A stretch of 64,000 bases of DNA from Candidatus Latescibacterota bacterium (GCA_038279365.1 JAYODI010000001.1:32001-96000), one strand, 5' to 3'. Counted from the stretch's first letter, positions 48,643-59,470 are shown. A program made the numbers and translations. The notes: generated from the sequence alone by a model not told the origin.

Positions 48643-49575
48643 TCAGGTATATTGTCGAGACAAAAGCAACAATGCAAATGTGCTGCTGATGAGCAAGGCT
48701 GCGGTAAATAAGTGTAACACTTGGAAGATATGCGGTAAACCACCATAGGCCAGTAAAATGCCAAAAACTGTTTGGGCAATGATGAGCACAATGTTGATGT
48801 GGGTGAGGGAGCGAAAAAAACCGAGGATATTGTATTTGTGGATGGTGTAAACAAAAAAAGCGGATGCGGCAATGACCAGCCATGTAAAGGAGCGGTGGAT
48901 ATGATCCATCCAACCAATGGTGGTCATCCAGTCACTGCGATCGATACCTGCATTGTTTTTGATGTAGGGGTCAATGGCTTCGCGAACTTGTGTGCCCAAA
49001 AGCATTTGTAAAACAATGACAACAAATAAGAGTGTTGCAAGACGGGCCAAGCGCAGGTGAATATCTGTGGGCAATGATGTTGTGGATGTGTTGTTTACTG
49101 CTAAAAAAGTAATATAAATAAGTACGCACAAGAGCATCATTGCACTGACCATGTGCAAAGTGATCATGCCTGGTTTTAAGCCCGACTTGACGACTTGCCC
49201 GCCCAACCAGCCAGAAAACCCGACCAGAAAGACGGCAAAAAGTGCACCCCAAAAGATGCGTGGGTGGGCTTGGCGATAAGGAAGGGAACGAAAAAATGTG
49301 GTGAGAACCAATAAGCCAATGGTGACACCTACAAGTCTGTTGATGTACTCGATCCACATTTTGGTGGGGTTAAAATCTTCAATAGAGATGCCACGTTCTG
49401 CTAAGTATGTCGGGTCAATTTGATCTACGCTCGATGGTGGAAACCAACAGCCCCAGCACCGGGGCCAATCGGGGCATCCCAATCCGGCACCCGAGACACG
49501 AACAAGACTGCCAACAATAATGAGCAAAAGTGTCGCAATCAGTGTGGTAATGGCTGTTTTTTGAAAAGTGTTCAT
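48643..49575 (-). CDS. ctaA: heme A synthase (COX15/CtaA)
   Basis: GSLVRVSGAGLGCPDWPRC, WIEYINRL, His motifs LHM, HIHR, LHL; multi-TM. Confidence 0.9.
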   Translation of the reverse strand: MNTFQKTAITTLIATLLLIIVGSLVRVSGAGLGCPDWPRCWGCWFPPSSVDQIDPTYLAERGISIEDFNPTKMWIEYINRLVGVTIGLLVLTTFFRSLPYRQAHPRIFWGALFAVFLVGFSGWLGGQVVKSGLKPGMITLHMVSAMMLLCVLIYITFLAVNNTSTTSLPTDIHLRLARLATLLFVVIVLQMLLGTQVREAIDPYIKNNAGIDRSDWMTTIGWMDHIHRSFTWLVIAASAFFVYTIHKYNILGFFRSLTHINIVLIIAQTVFGILLAYGGLPHIFQVLHLFTAALLISSTFALLLLSRQYT

Positions 49576-49761
49576 TGTTTCTGGTCTCAAAAAGGCTGTC
49601 AGGCAAACTTTTACAAGCATGCACAATGGATGATATGATTTGTGGATTAAGAGGATTATTTATGTTTTATAAACATACCATTTCTTGTATTTGAAGCAAT
49701 ATGAAATACACAAAAAGGTCATGCGGTGTGTTGTTAAATGGTTCCTGAAAATATATAACAA

Positions 49762-49796
49762 CAAAGGGGTCGCGAATGTCTTTCGCAACCCCTTTG
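49762..49796. terminator. intrinsic terminator downstream of the RraA-family gene
   Basis: CAAAGGGGTCGCGAA / TTCGCAACCCCTTTG stem. Confidence 0.7.
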
Positions 49797-49850
49797 AATG
49801 AATGGTTTTTACGTAAAAGTGAAGAGCTCAGACGGTTGCCTCAGCGGGTA

Positions 49851-50570
49851 TTATGCGTTGCGCTTCTTTTTCCAGGCTTCAAACTCCGCCAGTGTTTTTT
49901 CATCGGGTGGATAGGTTCCCACGATACTGGCACCCATTTGAATTTTTTCTAAGATAAAGTTTTCACGCTGTTCGGCTTCGGCGGCTTCTTCGGCCACTTC
50001 TTTGGCGAGGTGACGTGGAATAACAACGACGCCTTCGCCATCGCCAACAATGATGTCGCCGGGATATACGGCAACACCACCACAGGCTATGGGCAGTTGT
50101 AAATCGACAGGACTGTGGATGGTTTTGTTTGTGTGTGCATTCATGGCACTGGCATAAGCGGGGATACCAATTTCGGCAATGGCAGGACTGTCGCGATAAG
50201 AACCGTCGCAGACAATACCAGCAGCACCGCGTACATGGAGGCGCGTGGCCAAAATAGAGCCCATCGTACCGGCTCTGTCATCACCTCGTGCGTCAATAAC
50301 AAATACCTCTCCGGGGCCTACGCGCTCAATGCCCACACGTTGGATGTCTGTTAGATTGTCTACAGGGATGCGATCTACATCTTCTCGAGATGGGATATAA
50401 CGCATGGTAAAAGCAGGCCCAGCCATTTTCATGCCGGGTTTGAGGGGCGAGACATTGTGCATAAATATGTTCCATAGCCCGCGTTTATTCAATGCGGACG
50501 TGAGTGTGGCGGTGCTGGGAATCATGAGCTTGTTGAGGGTTTCTTGTGTGACTTCAATTTCTTCTGCCAT
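49851..50570 (-). CDS. RraA-family / HMG-CHA aldolase-like protein
   Basis: GPAFTMRYIPSRED, GSIL, DG..RD, PGDIIVGDGEGVVVIP. Confidence 0.9.
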   Translation of the reverse strand: MAEEIEVTQETLNKLMIPSTATLTSALNKRGLWNIFMHNVSPLKPGMKMAGPAFTMRYIPSREDVDRIPVDNLTDIQRVGIERVGPGEVFVIDARGDDRAGTMGSILATRLHVRGAAGIVCDGSYRDSPAIAEIGIPAYASAMNAHTNKTIHSPVDLQLPIACGGVAVYPGDIIVGDGEGVVVIPRHLAKEVAEEAAEAEQRENFILEKIQMGASIVGTYPPDEKTLAEFEAWKKKRNA

Positions 50571-50709
50571 CTGACTAAGGCCTCATTTCTGGATAGATGG
50601 GTCTATTTGAATGCTGTAGATTAAAAATAATATAGTACGCTTTGACAAGGACGCAATACATTTTCTGCGGCGTTCTGTTTGGGCTGGTTTACTTCTTTGT
50701 TTTAGCCAA

Positions 50710-52812
50710 TTATTTGACTGTCAACTTCACTTTGCGAATGGTAAACTGATCATCGCTTGAACACACCAAGTGCATTGTTTTGCCGTCTTTGCTCATCCAC
50801 TTGGTGGGAAAACAACCCAGTTCACCAGGTCCCATGTCCCATTTGTTGGTGAAAAAGATTGTTTTCCAGGGTCCCCAAGGTTCGGGGGCCTCAAAGACAC
50901 CAAATCCACCTGCAAAGCGTGTGTCTTCACCGCCTGCTTGACGTAAATTTTGCCAAAGAATATATCGTTTGATGCCTGCGTTATAGCTGATGCTTGAGCG
51001 AATACAGGTTTCTGGGAATTTGAAAACAGGACCTCGTTTTTTGATGTCCTGTGACCAAACAGGTTTGTTATTTTTTAGGCGAACGAAAAATTCATACGCA
51101 TCGCGTTCTCTTATTTTGTCTTTGGGCACGCGGGCAAGCACAAAATGATCAGAGGCTTGGTAAGCCGATGGATTGTCATTGCTCCAAATGTAAACGAAGC
51201 CATCGCGTGCACCTTCGTAATTTTTGCCAAAGTTGATAAAGGTGGGATGCCCCAATTCTTTAAATTTCCATTTGCACCATTCAAAGGTGCGCATGTAATC
51301 TGTAGACCAGCCGATGCGCGCATGTTGGCCTTTTTGATTGTCGTTTCGCGCAAACAAATATAAGGTGTCGTCAATGGCGAGCAGGCCACTGGCTTTTTTG
51401 TCATTTTGGCCATAAGCGGTGTTTTCGGCACTGGAACGAATGTTGGTGGCGGTGAAGCTATCAACATTGCCTTCCACTTTGGCAAAACCCATGCCCAATT
51501 TGTTGGGGGTATTGGGTGCAAATCCATAACCATCACCATATGCGGTATATTGATGGTTGTCTTGGGCCCAGGTCATGGGCCAGTTGTCACTGCCATCGCG
51601 AATGATGCCACCAGTGGCAAAACGACGCACAGTGCTTAACTTAGCCCATGTAACGGCTGTGACTTTTTCACTTTGAGGATAGGGTGCTTTTTTTAGGGCG
51701 ATGCAGTTGATGAGTGGGGCAAATAGAATGGTGTTTTTGATGCGGTCACGCAAGGCATCGGTAACACGTTTTTTATTTTGGGTTGCCTGTTTAATCTCGA
51801 GTGGGTCTTGACCATTGCGTACCATAATCAGATCTAAGCTGGGTATGCCTAAGCCCACTTGAAAACCGGCTCCAGCGCCCCAAAAAGCGTCTTCCGGCAA
51901 ACTTTTTTGGTGTTTGTTGCCTTTGCCATCTGAATTAATCCACCACGCGTGGCCATGCACATTGGGGCGTATGCCCGCGTTAACAAATGCATCTTCTACG
52001 ATATTGGCTTTGATCAAAAGATCTTTTCCCCAGGCACCTTTTCGCATGAGCAAACGAATAATGGCGGCTGTGGCACGCACGCTAAAGCCCCCTCCTCCCC
52101 AAGTGCCCACCAAGGGCAAACCGTCTACCTCAAATGTTTGCCCATATCCACACGACCATTCATTTGAAGGAATGGCCATTGGTTCCATGAGGCGTTTTTG
52201 CAAGAGCGTTCGAATGTCTTTGTATGGCCCTTTTTGTAAGGCTTTGGTGACACAGTAGGCGAGCATAGCAATGCCGGGGTTGCTGTATTGATATTTGGTG
52301 CCGGGTTCAAAAATAACGGGCGCAGCATCACGCGATAGGGTAAAGGGGTCGTTGGGAACGGGGTTGCGTTTCCAAAATTCCCCTTTCCAGCCTGGTTCTT
52401 CTGTGTGGCTAAACCCCGATACGGAAGAGTCTGATAAACCCGAGGTGTGTGTGGCCAAATGCGCAATGGTGATTTTGGATTTGCGTGGGTCTTTTTTCCA
52501 TTGGGGCACATATTGGTGTGCAAAGTCGTCAAATTTGATGTGGCCATCTTGAATGGCAAATAGAAGGGACATGCCCCCAGTAAGTGCTTTGGCCATAGAT
52601 GCTGTATAGTGGGGCTTATGGCGGTCAAACCCGTTGGCATAACGTTCAAAAACAATTTTGTCTTTGTGCATGACAAAGATGCTTTTGGTGTTGTTTTTTT
52701 TCAGCAATGTCCACCATTGCTCTAATTTTTGGGGGTCTAAACCTGATTTGTCGATGGGTACTTCGGGCCAGGCATAAGCGGGAGGCGGGACGTTGATATT
52801 TCGTTTGGCCAT
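50710..52812 (-). CDS. serine hydrolase (beta-lactamase fold) fused to a DUF4185-like beta-rich domain
   Basis: SMAK and YSN motifs, HLATHTSG; C-terminal GSDNWPMTW...YTAYGDG, EAPEPWGPW. Confidence 0.82.
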   Translation of the reverse strand: MAKRNINVPPPAYAWPEVPIDKSGLDPQKLEQWWTLLKKNNTKSIFVMHKDKIVFERYANGFDRHKPHYTASMAKALTGGMSLLFAIQDGHIKFDDFAHQYVPQWKKDPRKSKITIAHLATHTSGLSDSSVSGFSHTEEPGWKGEFWKRNPVPNDPFTLSRDAAPVIFEPGTKYQYSNPGIAMLAYCVTKALQKGPYKDIRTLLQKRLMEPMAIPSNEWSCGYGQTFEVDGLPLVGTWGGGGFSVRATAAIIRLLMRKGAWGKDLLIKANIVEDAFVNAGIRPNVHGHAWWINSDGKGNKHQKSLPEDAFWGAGAGFQVGLGIPSLDLIMVRNGQDPLEIKQATQNKKRVTDALRDRIKNTILFAPLINCIALKKAPYPQSEKVTAVTWAKLSTVRRFATGGIIRDGSDNWPMTWAQDNHQYTAYGDGYGFAPNTPNKLGMGFAKVEGNVDSFTATNIRSSAENTAYGQNDKKASGLLAIDDTLYLFARNDNQKGQHARIGWSTDYMRTFEWCKWKFKELGHPTFINFGKNYEGARDGFVYIWSNDNPSAYQASDHFVLARVPKDKIRERDAYEFFVRLKNNKPVWSQDIKKRGPVFKFPETCIRSSISYNAGIKRYILWQNLRQAGGEDTRFAGGFGVFEAPEPWGPWKTIFFTNKWDMGPGELGCFPTKWMSKDGKTMHLVCSSDDQFTIRKVKLTVK

Positions 52813-53010
52813 TTTTTCTCCTTAAAAGATAATGGGTATTGATGTGCCAAGATAAAGCCATCAGTGTCGGAAGTCAACGAGGCTAAAATGGGCCTTTGGA
52901 GTTTTGATTGATATATTTTGAAGAACAGTTATTTTGATAAATCTTCATTTGGAAGAAATATACGTATTGCGAATTGCAAGGGATATTTTAACACGATTTA
53001 GGAGGATGGT

Positions 53011-53982
53011 ATGGAATTTCAATATTTAAGAGGTACAGGTATCAAGGTGTCACGTATTTGTTTGGGCACCATGACATTTGGCGATCAGGCTGATGAGGCT
53101 ACGTCGATAAAAATGGTGGATATGGCCATTGATGCAGGGGTTAACTTTATTGATACGGCGGATGCCTACGTGGGGGGGAAATCGGAAAGAATTGTTGGTA
53201 AAGCCCTCAAAGGCAAACGCGATAAAGTGATATTGGCCAGCAAGGTAGCCAATACGGTAGGGCCTGATAAAATGAAAGATGGTGGGCTTCACAGATGGCA
53301 TGTGATTAAGGGCGTGGAGGAAAGTTTAAAACGATTGCAGACGGATTGTTTGGATATTTTTTATCTACACAAACCCGATTGGAACACACCTATAGAAGAA
53401 ACAATGGCGGCATTTGATACATTGGTTCAACAGGGCAAAGTGATGTATGTGGGGATGTCAAATTTTGCATCGTGGCAAGTGATGAAAGCGCTGTGGAAAT
53501 GTGATGCCCATCATTGGGCGCCCCCTGTGGTTTTGCAATTGCCTTACAATTTGATCACCCGAAGTATTGATGAAGAATGTGTGGCCTTTAGCAAAGAAAT
53601 GAACATTGGAATGACGGTTTATAACCCATTGGCAGCTGGGATGTTAACGGGCAAACATTCTCGAGATGTGGCACCAGATAGAAGTACGCGTTTGGGGCGC
53701 AATAAAGATTATTACGGTCGGTTCTGGCAAGATCGCAATTTTGATGCTTTGGATATGCTCAAAAAAATTGCCGATGATGCAAACAAGACGATGATTGAGT
53801 TGTCTTTGCAATGGTTGATGTCACAGCCTGTTGTTGATTCGATGATTTTGGGCGCCAGCAAGTTGGAGCATTTGGAGCACAATATCAAAGCTGCAGAAGG
53901 GCGATTAGAAAAAGATACCCTTAAAGCCTGTGATGAGGTTTGGCAACATATACGTGGTGGGCATTTTGCTTATAACCGTTGA
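53011..53982 (+). CDS. aldo/keto reductase
   Basis: LGTMTFG, DTADAY, ASK, SLKRLQTD..D.FYLH, GMSN, YNPLAAG; AGGAGG RBS. Confidence 0.96.
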   Translation: MEFQYLRGTGIKVSRICLGTMTFGDQADEATSIKMVDMAIDAGVNFIDTADAYVGGKSERIVGKALKGKRDKVILASKVANTVGPDKMKDGGLHRWHVIKGVEESLKRLQTDCLDIFYLHKPDWNTPIEETMAAFDTLVQQGKVMYVGMSNFASWQVMKALWKCDAHHWAPPVVLQLPYNLITRSIDEECVAFSKEMNIGMTVYNPLAAGMLTGKHSRDVAPDRSTRLGRNKDYYGRFWQDRNFDALDMLKKIADDANKTMIELSLQWLMSQPVVDSMILGASKLEHLEHNIKAAEGRLEKDTLKACDEVWQHIRGGHFAYNR

Positions 53983-53993
53983 TATGTGCAAAA

Positions 53994-54024
53994 TGAGGAG
54001 AGGTGTGGTACACATCTCTCCTCA
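53994..54024. terminator. stem-loop downstream of the AKR gene
   Basis: TGAGGAGAGGTGTG-GTA-CACATCTCTCCTCA; no U tract on the plus strand. Confidence 0.55.
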
Positions 54025-54319
54025 ATAAAAATTAGAGATCGGGTATGAAGGTAGAACGTGGGGATACATGTGAATTTGCGTTTACGTCTGATACTGAATA
54101 TGGCAATTCATATTTGTTGGTTGCACGTCTGTCCTGCCATTTGACAGGTCCTGATGTATGGATGTGAACCATCACCCGTGGAATTCTCAATCGGATCACA
54201 CATTGGACTCGCGTAAGGGAAACGAGGTTGACTTGGGTATTTTAAGTGGTGGAAAAATAACAGTCCATTTGGTGGGGGTGGAACAGATGTTGGTCATTCA
54301 GAAATAGGGGTGTGTTTTT

Positions 54320-55981
54320 GTGGCAGACCGTTTGACTTTGGGTATTGCACAAATGGCTATAGAGCCCACCTTGCGACAAAATTTGGCAAAGATGGGGATG
54401 ATGATTCGGCAAGCCAAGTTGAAGCAGTGTCGGGTGGTGTTTTTTCCCGAGGCGGCTTTGACATGTTCACCAGAAACCCCCAAGATTGAAATTGTGTTGG
54501 GGCTTCAGGCCATAGCAGATCATGCGCGTAAAAATGGTGTGTATGTGGCATTTGGTTATTTGGATCGTCTGTCTGATGATGATCGGCTATTTAATGCCGT
54601 GAAAGTATTTGACCCACAAGGCAAAGAGATTTTACACTATGAAAAAATGTGGGATGTAAAAAAAGGTGCTTCACCGATTTTGTTTGAGATGGATGACGTG
54701 TTGTTTGGAGCCATTATCTGTGCGGATCGCTGGTTGCGAGGAGTAGAGGATGGCCCCGCTTTTGAGGGGGCCAAAGTATTGGTTGAATTTTCAAATAACT
54801 TTGCCGATGAGTGGTTGCCCGACCAAGAATGGTTTTGGTATCGGCCTCGTGCTGTGCGCAACGGTGTGTTTTCGGTGTTTGTTAACACCGCCCAATTTGA
54901 AGACTATTGCAACCATGCGCACTTGGTAGATGGCCATGGGCACAGTGCTGTGTTTGCGCCCGATGGGCAATGTGTGTCGGCTTTGGCAAGTGAAGTTGAT
55001 CACTTGTTGGTATGTGATATTGACCCAACTTGTGTAATGGGAGAGGGGGTTCGGCAAAGGAAGGCGCATCCGTTGATTGGACGGTTCTGGGCAGATGATT
55101 TTGAATATCAAAAGAATGATGGCAAATGGCAAGGTTTGCTGTCTCAGGAAAAAACACTCACCTTTGCAGCGGTCCAAATGCAGTGTTATGAAGATGTGGA
55201 TGGCAACATGGCCTTAATGCGCGCGCAAATGGGAACAGCCGTTAAGCAAGGTGCCGATGTGATCGTTTTTCCCGAGTTGGCGGTTACGGGGGCTTTGGAT
55301 AAAGATGTGGAAACCGCCGATGAAATCTCTTTAGAAATGGCATTGGATATGTTGTGTGCAAGTGCCAAATCGTTGGGCATTTGCGTGGTTTTTGGCATGC
55401 CCTTTTTTGAGGCGGGTAAACGCTACAATGGTGTTTTTGTTGTTGGAGCAGATGGCAGGGTATTAACCCGCCATGCCCAAGTGGTTGTGGATCGCCCACA
55501 TTTATTTGCTCAGGGTGAGGTGTTGAAAACCATGTGGTTTGATCTGTATGGCGTGCCTGTAGCAATTTTGTTGGGCATGAAAGAGGTTTTGTGGAGCGAA
55601 ATGGCAGAGATGGCTGCATTACGAGGCGCGCAGGTGATTATGCATTTGTGCCATGATGGTGGCGATCCACTGTTTCGGCGTCAACTTTGGGCCAATATTG
55701 CATCATTTGGAACTTTGACGGTGACCGTGAATGCAGCCAGCACCCCTGCAAATGGGGGCAGTGCCATTTGGGAAGATTATCGCAGACATAAAAAGAAAGC
55801 ACCTTATTCACGGGCACCTTATTCGGCGGTGCGGGTGGCAGAAGCTTATGCTGGTGAAGAACTTTTGTATACGACTCAGACGATGCGAGCAAAAAACCCA
55901 CATATGCAACGCGTGGTTGAACGTGACCCCGATCGGCAAGGGTGGTATGAGGGGGGAGGAATGTTGATTGGTGGAGGCTAA
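54320..55981 (+). CDS. tandem two-domain carbon-nitrogen hydrolase (nitrilase superfamily)
   Basis: domain 1 FFPEA / YEK / ICAD; domain 2 AAVQM, VFPELAVTG. Confidence 0.88.
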   Translation: MADRLTLGIAQMAIEPTLRQNLAKMGMMIRQAKLKQCRVVFFPEAALTCSPETPKIEIVLGLQAIADHARKNGVYVAFGYLDRLSDDDRLFNAVKVFDPQGKEILHYEKMWDVKKGASPILFEMDDVLFGAIICADRWLRGVEDGPAFEGAKVLVEFSNNFADEWLPDQEWFWYRPRAVRNGVFSVFVNTAQFEDYCNHAHLVDGHGHSAVFAPDGQCVSALASEVDHLLVCDIDPTCVMGEGVRQRKAHPLIGRFWADDFEYQKNDGKWQGLLSQEKTLTFAAVQMQCYEDVDGNMALMRAQMGTAVKQGADVIVFPELAVTGALDKDVETADEISLEMALDMLCASAKSLGICVVFGMPFFEAGKRYNGVFVVGADGRVLTRHAQVVVDRPHLFAQGEVLKTMWFDLYGVPVAILLGMKEVLWSEMAEMAALRGAQVIMHLCHDGGDPLFRRQLWANIASFGTLTVTVNAASTPANGGSAIWEDYRRHKKKAPYSRAPYSAVRVAEAYAGEELLYTTQTMRAKNPHMQRVVERDPDRQGWYEGGGMLIGGG

Positions 55982-56002
55982 CTGTGATTGGGGATCTCAT
56001 AA

Positions 56003-56040
56003 AAAAGGCTTATGCATTTTTGCATAAGCCTTTTATTTTT
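56003..56040 (+). terminator. intrinsic terminator
   Basis: AAAAGGCTTATGCA-TTTT-TGCATAAGCCTTTT plus T run. Confidence 0.85.
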
Positions 56041-56127
56041 TGGTAGATGGCCATATGGATATTGAGTATTGGCCATAATTGTGTATGTTTACCAAACATG
56101 AATTTTGGGAACAATGCATAGGGATTA

Positions 56128-58578
56128 ATGGTCGAAAGACAGATGAAACTCATTCTGATGCTGATCTTGCTTCTGGCCCCAGCCATTGAGGCACAAACAA
56201 CCGATTATCGCGACTTGTGGCAGCGGGGGGATTATGCCGAGGCCATTGTGGCTTTGGAGACACGTTTTGAACGGTTGTCTTATCTGCCCCGGTCTTTGCG
56301 GCGGGAATATGCAGCGTTGTTGTTTACGGTTGGTCGTATTGATGAGGCCATTGATGTGCTCGAAGCTTTGGCTATGAGTGCAATAGACCCAATGACCATG
56401 GTGCGATTGGCACAGTTGTATCATTATCGTGGGCGATTGGAAGATTTTCAGGGTATTTTGACACTGACCGAACAGCAACTCCAAAGCTTATCAAATTATC
56501 GCCGCGGGCGTGATGATCTTTTGGCTCAGGGGTATTTGATGGTGCTCAACGGCGAAGACCCGCGTGCCGTTTTGCGCCATTTTTCAAATTTGACAAATAC
56601 CTACCCCTCCTATGAAGAAGCCTTTGTGGCCGCTGGTGATTTGGCTTTGTCTAAGCGAGCCTACGATGTGGCCGAACAACAATACACACAGGTTTTGCGG
56701 GTAAATTCTGAAAATCAAGACGCCCTTTCGGGGCTTGCACAATGTTATTATTATGCATCCGATTCACGATTGGATGCGGTGATGGCGTCTTTAAATACGA
56801 TGAATCCCAATCATCCACAATTGCGCTTGTTGCGGGCAGAACGATTTTTAGATTTGGGAAAGTTTGACAAAGGTCTTGCGGTTTTAGATTCTGTGCTTGC
56901 CATCAATCCCAATCATTTGGATGCTTTGGGACTTAAGGCGGCGGCGTTTTTTTTAAAAGATGATTCGGCAAGAGTTGAGCAATTAAAGGATGAAATGTTT
57001 GCCATCAATCCATTGTTTTCGGGTGCGTACCGAATTTCGGGGCGTTTGGCTTCTCGGCACTATCGCTTTGAGGAAGGGCGGGCATTTCAAGAGCAGGCTT
57101 TAAAAGTAAATGCACAAGATCATGAAGCGCGGTTGTTGTTGGCTTTTGATTTGTTGCGATTGGGCAAAGATGCTCTGGCCCGTAAAGAATTGGAACGCGT
57201 TTTTGCCGCCGATCCGTATAGTGTGCGTGCCTATAATTTGTTGGAAGCGGCAGATGCAATAGATGCGTTTCAGACCATTGATCGGGGTATTTTTCGTTTG
57301 CAATTGCCAGCCCATGAAGCCCTGCTTATGGGCGATGAATTGTTGGCACTTTTAGATGAAGCTTCTGCACTTTATCAAAAGAAGTACCAAATAGAATTAA
57401 AGACACCCGTGGTGGTGCAAGTGTTTGATGATCACGATGTGTTTATGGTGCGGTCTGTGGGGTTGCCAGGCAGTGCGGGACACTTGGGCATTTGTTTTGG
57501 ACAATTGGTTACAATGGATTCCCCGCGTGCCAGACCATTGGGTACGATGAATTGGCGGCAGGTTTTGTGGCATGAATTTGTACATGTGATTACGTTGCAA
57601 AAAACAAAGAATCGGATGCCTCGTTGGTTGTCTGAAGGGATTTCGGTGTATGAAGAATATGCGGGTGATGTGGCTTGGGGACAGCGTTTAGACGTCCATT
57701 TTAAAACCATTGTTGACGAAACAGGATATCCAACACTGGAAGATCTCAATCGCTTTTTTACAACACCGAGCTCGGCCAATCATTTGATGTTTGGTTATTT
57801 CTCGGCTGGTGAGTTTGTAAAGTTTTATGTAGATGCATACGGTCACAATGCGTTGGTGCGTGTGTTGGATCGCATTAGACAGGGTGAAGATGCAGCAGGT
57901 GCCTTGGTCGCCGAGTCTCAGGAATCATTGACAGAACTCAATTTGCGTTTTGATGCCCATATGCGGGTGCGATGTGCCGCTTTTGATTATTTGGCTGAGC
58001 ACTCTGTTTTTAAGATGGTCTTGGCCGATGGTGATGATGCCGCTAAGCGAGGTGATTTGGAAGCCGCAGAAAAGGCCTATTTGTCTGCATTTGAGTTGTA
58101 TCCTGACTATATGGCCGAAGATGCCCCCTTGCACCGATTGGTGCATCTTTATGCAGAGTCGGATCATCGAGACAAATATATCGCTGCACTTAAGCGATTG
58201 GTCAGGTGGGATGCTACGGCGCATGATGCGTGTGTCAAATTGGCGACCATGTTATTAGATGAGGGTGATGCAACAGGGGCCAAAGATGTGCTTAATCGCG
58301 CATTTGCGGTACACCCTTTTCAGGTTGCGATGCTTAAAAAACGCGTGTTGGTTGCACAGCAATTAAATGATTTAGAACAAGCCCATTCCGATTTAAAAAA
58401 ATTGGTGTATTTGGATCAACCTGGGCGAGCAGAGCATCAGTTGCATTTGGCACAGGTGTTGATCAAACAAGGTGATCGTGATGCCGCAAAAGCTGAAATA
58501 ATAGCGCTTCTTGAAACGGTACCGCATTTTTGGGATGCGCAAAAGCTGTTGTTGGAGTTGGTGGAAGGGGCGTATTAA
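56128..58578 (+). CDS. secreted TPR protein with central peptidase MA-like domain
   Basis: signal peptide, TPR arrays, LWHEFVHV...PRWLSEGIS (HEXXH plus downstream Glu). Confidence 0.88.
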   Translation: MVERQMKLILMLILLLAPAIEAQTTDYRDLWQRGDYAEAIVALETRFERLSYLPRSLRREYAALLFTVGRIDEAIDVLEALAMSAIDPMTMVRLAQLYHYRGRLEDFQGILTLTEQQLQSLSNYRRGRDDLLAQGYLMVLNGEDPRAVLRHFSNLTNTYPSYEEAFVAAGDLALSKRAYDVAEQQYTQVLRVNSENQDALSGLAQCYYYASDSRLDAVMASLNTMNPNHPQLRLLRAERFLDLGKFDKGLAVLDSVLAINPNHLDALGLKAAAFFLKDDSARVEQLKDEMFAINPLFSGAYRISGRLASRHYRFEEGRAFQEQALKVNAQDHEARLLLAFDLLRLGKDALARKELERVFAADPYSVRAYNLLEAADAIDAFQTIDRGIFRLQLPAHEALLMGDELLALLDEASALYQKKYQIELKTPVVVQVFDDHDVFMVRSVGLPGSAGHLGICFGQLVTMDSPRARPLGTMNWRQVLWHEFVHVITLQKTKNRMPRWLSEGISVYEEYAGDVAWGQRLDVHFKTIVDETGYPTLEDLNRFFTTPSSANHLMFGYFSAGEFVKFYVDAYGHNALVRVLDRIRQGEDAAGALVAESQESLTELNLRFDAHMRVRCAAFDYLAEHSVFKMVLADGDDAAKRGDLEAAEKAYLSAFELYPDYMAEDAPLHRLVHLYAESDHRDKYIAALKRLVRWDATAHDACVKLATMLLDEGDATGAKDVLNRAFAVHPFQVAMLKKRVLVAQQLNDLEQAHSDLKKLVYLDQPGRAEHQLHLAQVLIKQGDRDAAKAEIIALLETVPHFWDAQKLLLELVEGAY

Positions 58579-58597
58579 GGTGTTTGGGATTTTAAAT

Positions 58598-59470
58598 ATG
58601 AGCAGAAGCACTGGATACAACGGCAAATGGTTTATTGCTCTATTTTTTATGTTATTTTTTGCCCTCTTATTTTGGGGAAACTCTGCCGAAGCACAACGAC
58701 GGTGGAGACGGTCATTTGATCGGATGGAACGCGATATTTTTCCGAGCAATGCGTTTACATTTTGTCGTGTGGAATATACCAGTGGCAGCAGAGGATGGGG
58801 GCGACGAGGTGGGAGCTGGTCGGTAGATTATCCTGAAGCCGATGAAAATTTTTCACTTCGGTTGTCACAAATAACAACGCTTAATGTCAATCGGACAGAA
58901 GATGGTCGGTTTCAGCATGTGGTGGTGCGTTTGGACGAGCCCGAGTTATTTAAGTATCCGTTTGTTTATATGCTTGAAGTGGGGCGCATGGCATTGAGTG
59001 AACCCGAACGTGAGGGATTGCGCTCCTATTTGCTTCGGGGTGGGTTTTTGTTGGTAGATGATTTTTGGGGAGATGAAGCTTGGGAAAATTTACAATATGA
59101 AATGGCTCAGGTTTTGCCTGCCGATGAATATCCCTTGGTTGATATTCCCCTGGATCATGAGATTTTTCATATTGTATTTGATATTGATGAGGTCCCACAG
59201 GTGCCTGGTGTTGGGAGCTTTTATGACTGGCAGATTACAGGTTTGACGTATGAAGGGCATGAAGGTCGTTATATGACCTATGGGTCAGAAGCACATTGTA
59301 AGGGCATATTTGATAAAAATGGTCGATTGATGGTGGTGGTGATGCACAATACCGACTTGGGTGATGGCTGGGAGCGCGAAGGTGAAAATTACGAATATTT
59401 TCGCACGTTCTCAGCGCCAAAAGCTTACCCGATGGGCATTAACATTGTGGTTTATGCGATGACACATTGA
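58598..59470 (+). CDS. DUF4159 domain protein
   Basis: FCRVEY, W..DYP.AD, YLLRGGFLLVDDFWG, HNTDLGDGWERE, GINIVVYAMTH. Confidence 0.9.
   Translation: MSRSTGYNGKWFIALFFMLFFALLFWGNSAEAQRRWRRSFDRMERDIFPSNAFTFCRVEYTSGSRGWGRRGGSWSVDYPEADENFSLRLSQITTLNVNRTEDGRFQHVVVRLDEPELFKYPFVYMLEVGRMALSEPEREGLRSYLLRGGFLLVDDFWGDEAWENLQYEMAQVLPADEYPLVDIPLDHEIFHIVFDIDEVPQVPGVGSFYDWQITGLTYEGHEGRYMTYGSEAHCKGIFDKNGRLMVVVMHNTDLGDGWEREGENYEYFRTFSAPKAYPMGINIVVYAMTH

Noticed and set aside
50710-52812. Antibiotic-resistance beta-lactamase
   Set aside because: No signal peptide, no KTG motif and an extra domain; fits the broad esterase/peptidase group
52833-52849. TGGCAC upstream of the serine hydrolase as a sigma54 promoter
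   Set aside because: The -12 position reads CC instead of the required GC
54030-54310. Short ORFs or a TGA read-through selenoprotein in the AKR-nitrilase spacer
   Set aside because: 40-55 aa frames with no recognisable motif, no redox context at the TGA and no clear SECIS; possibly decayed DNA
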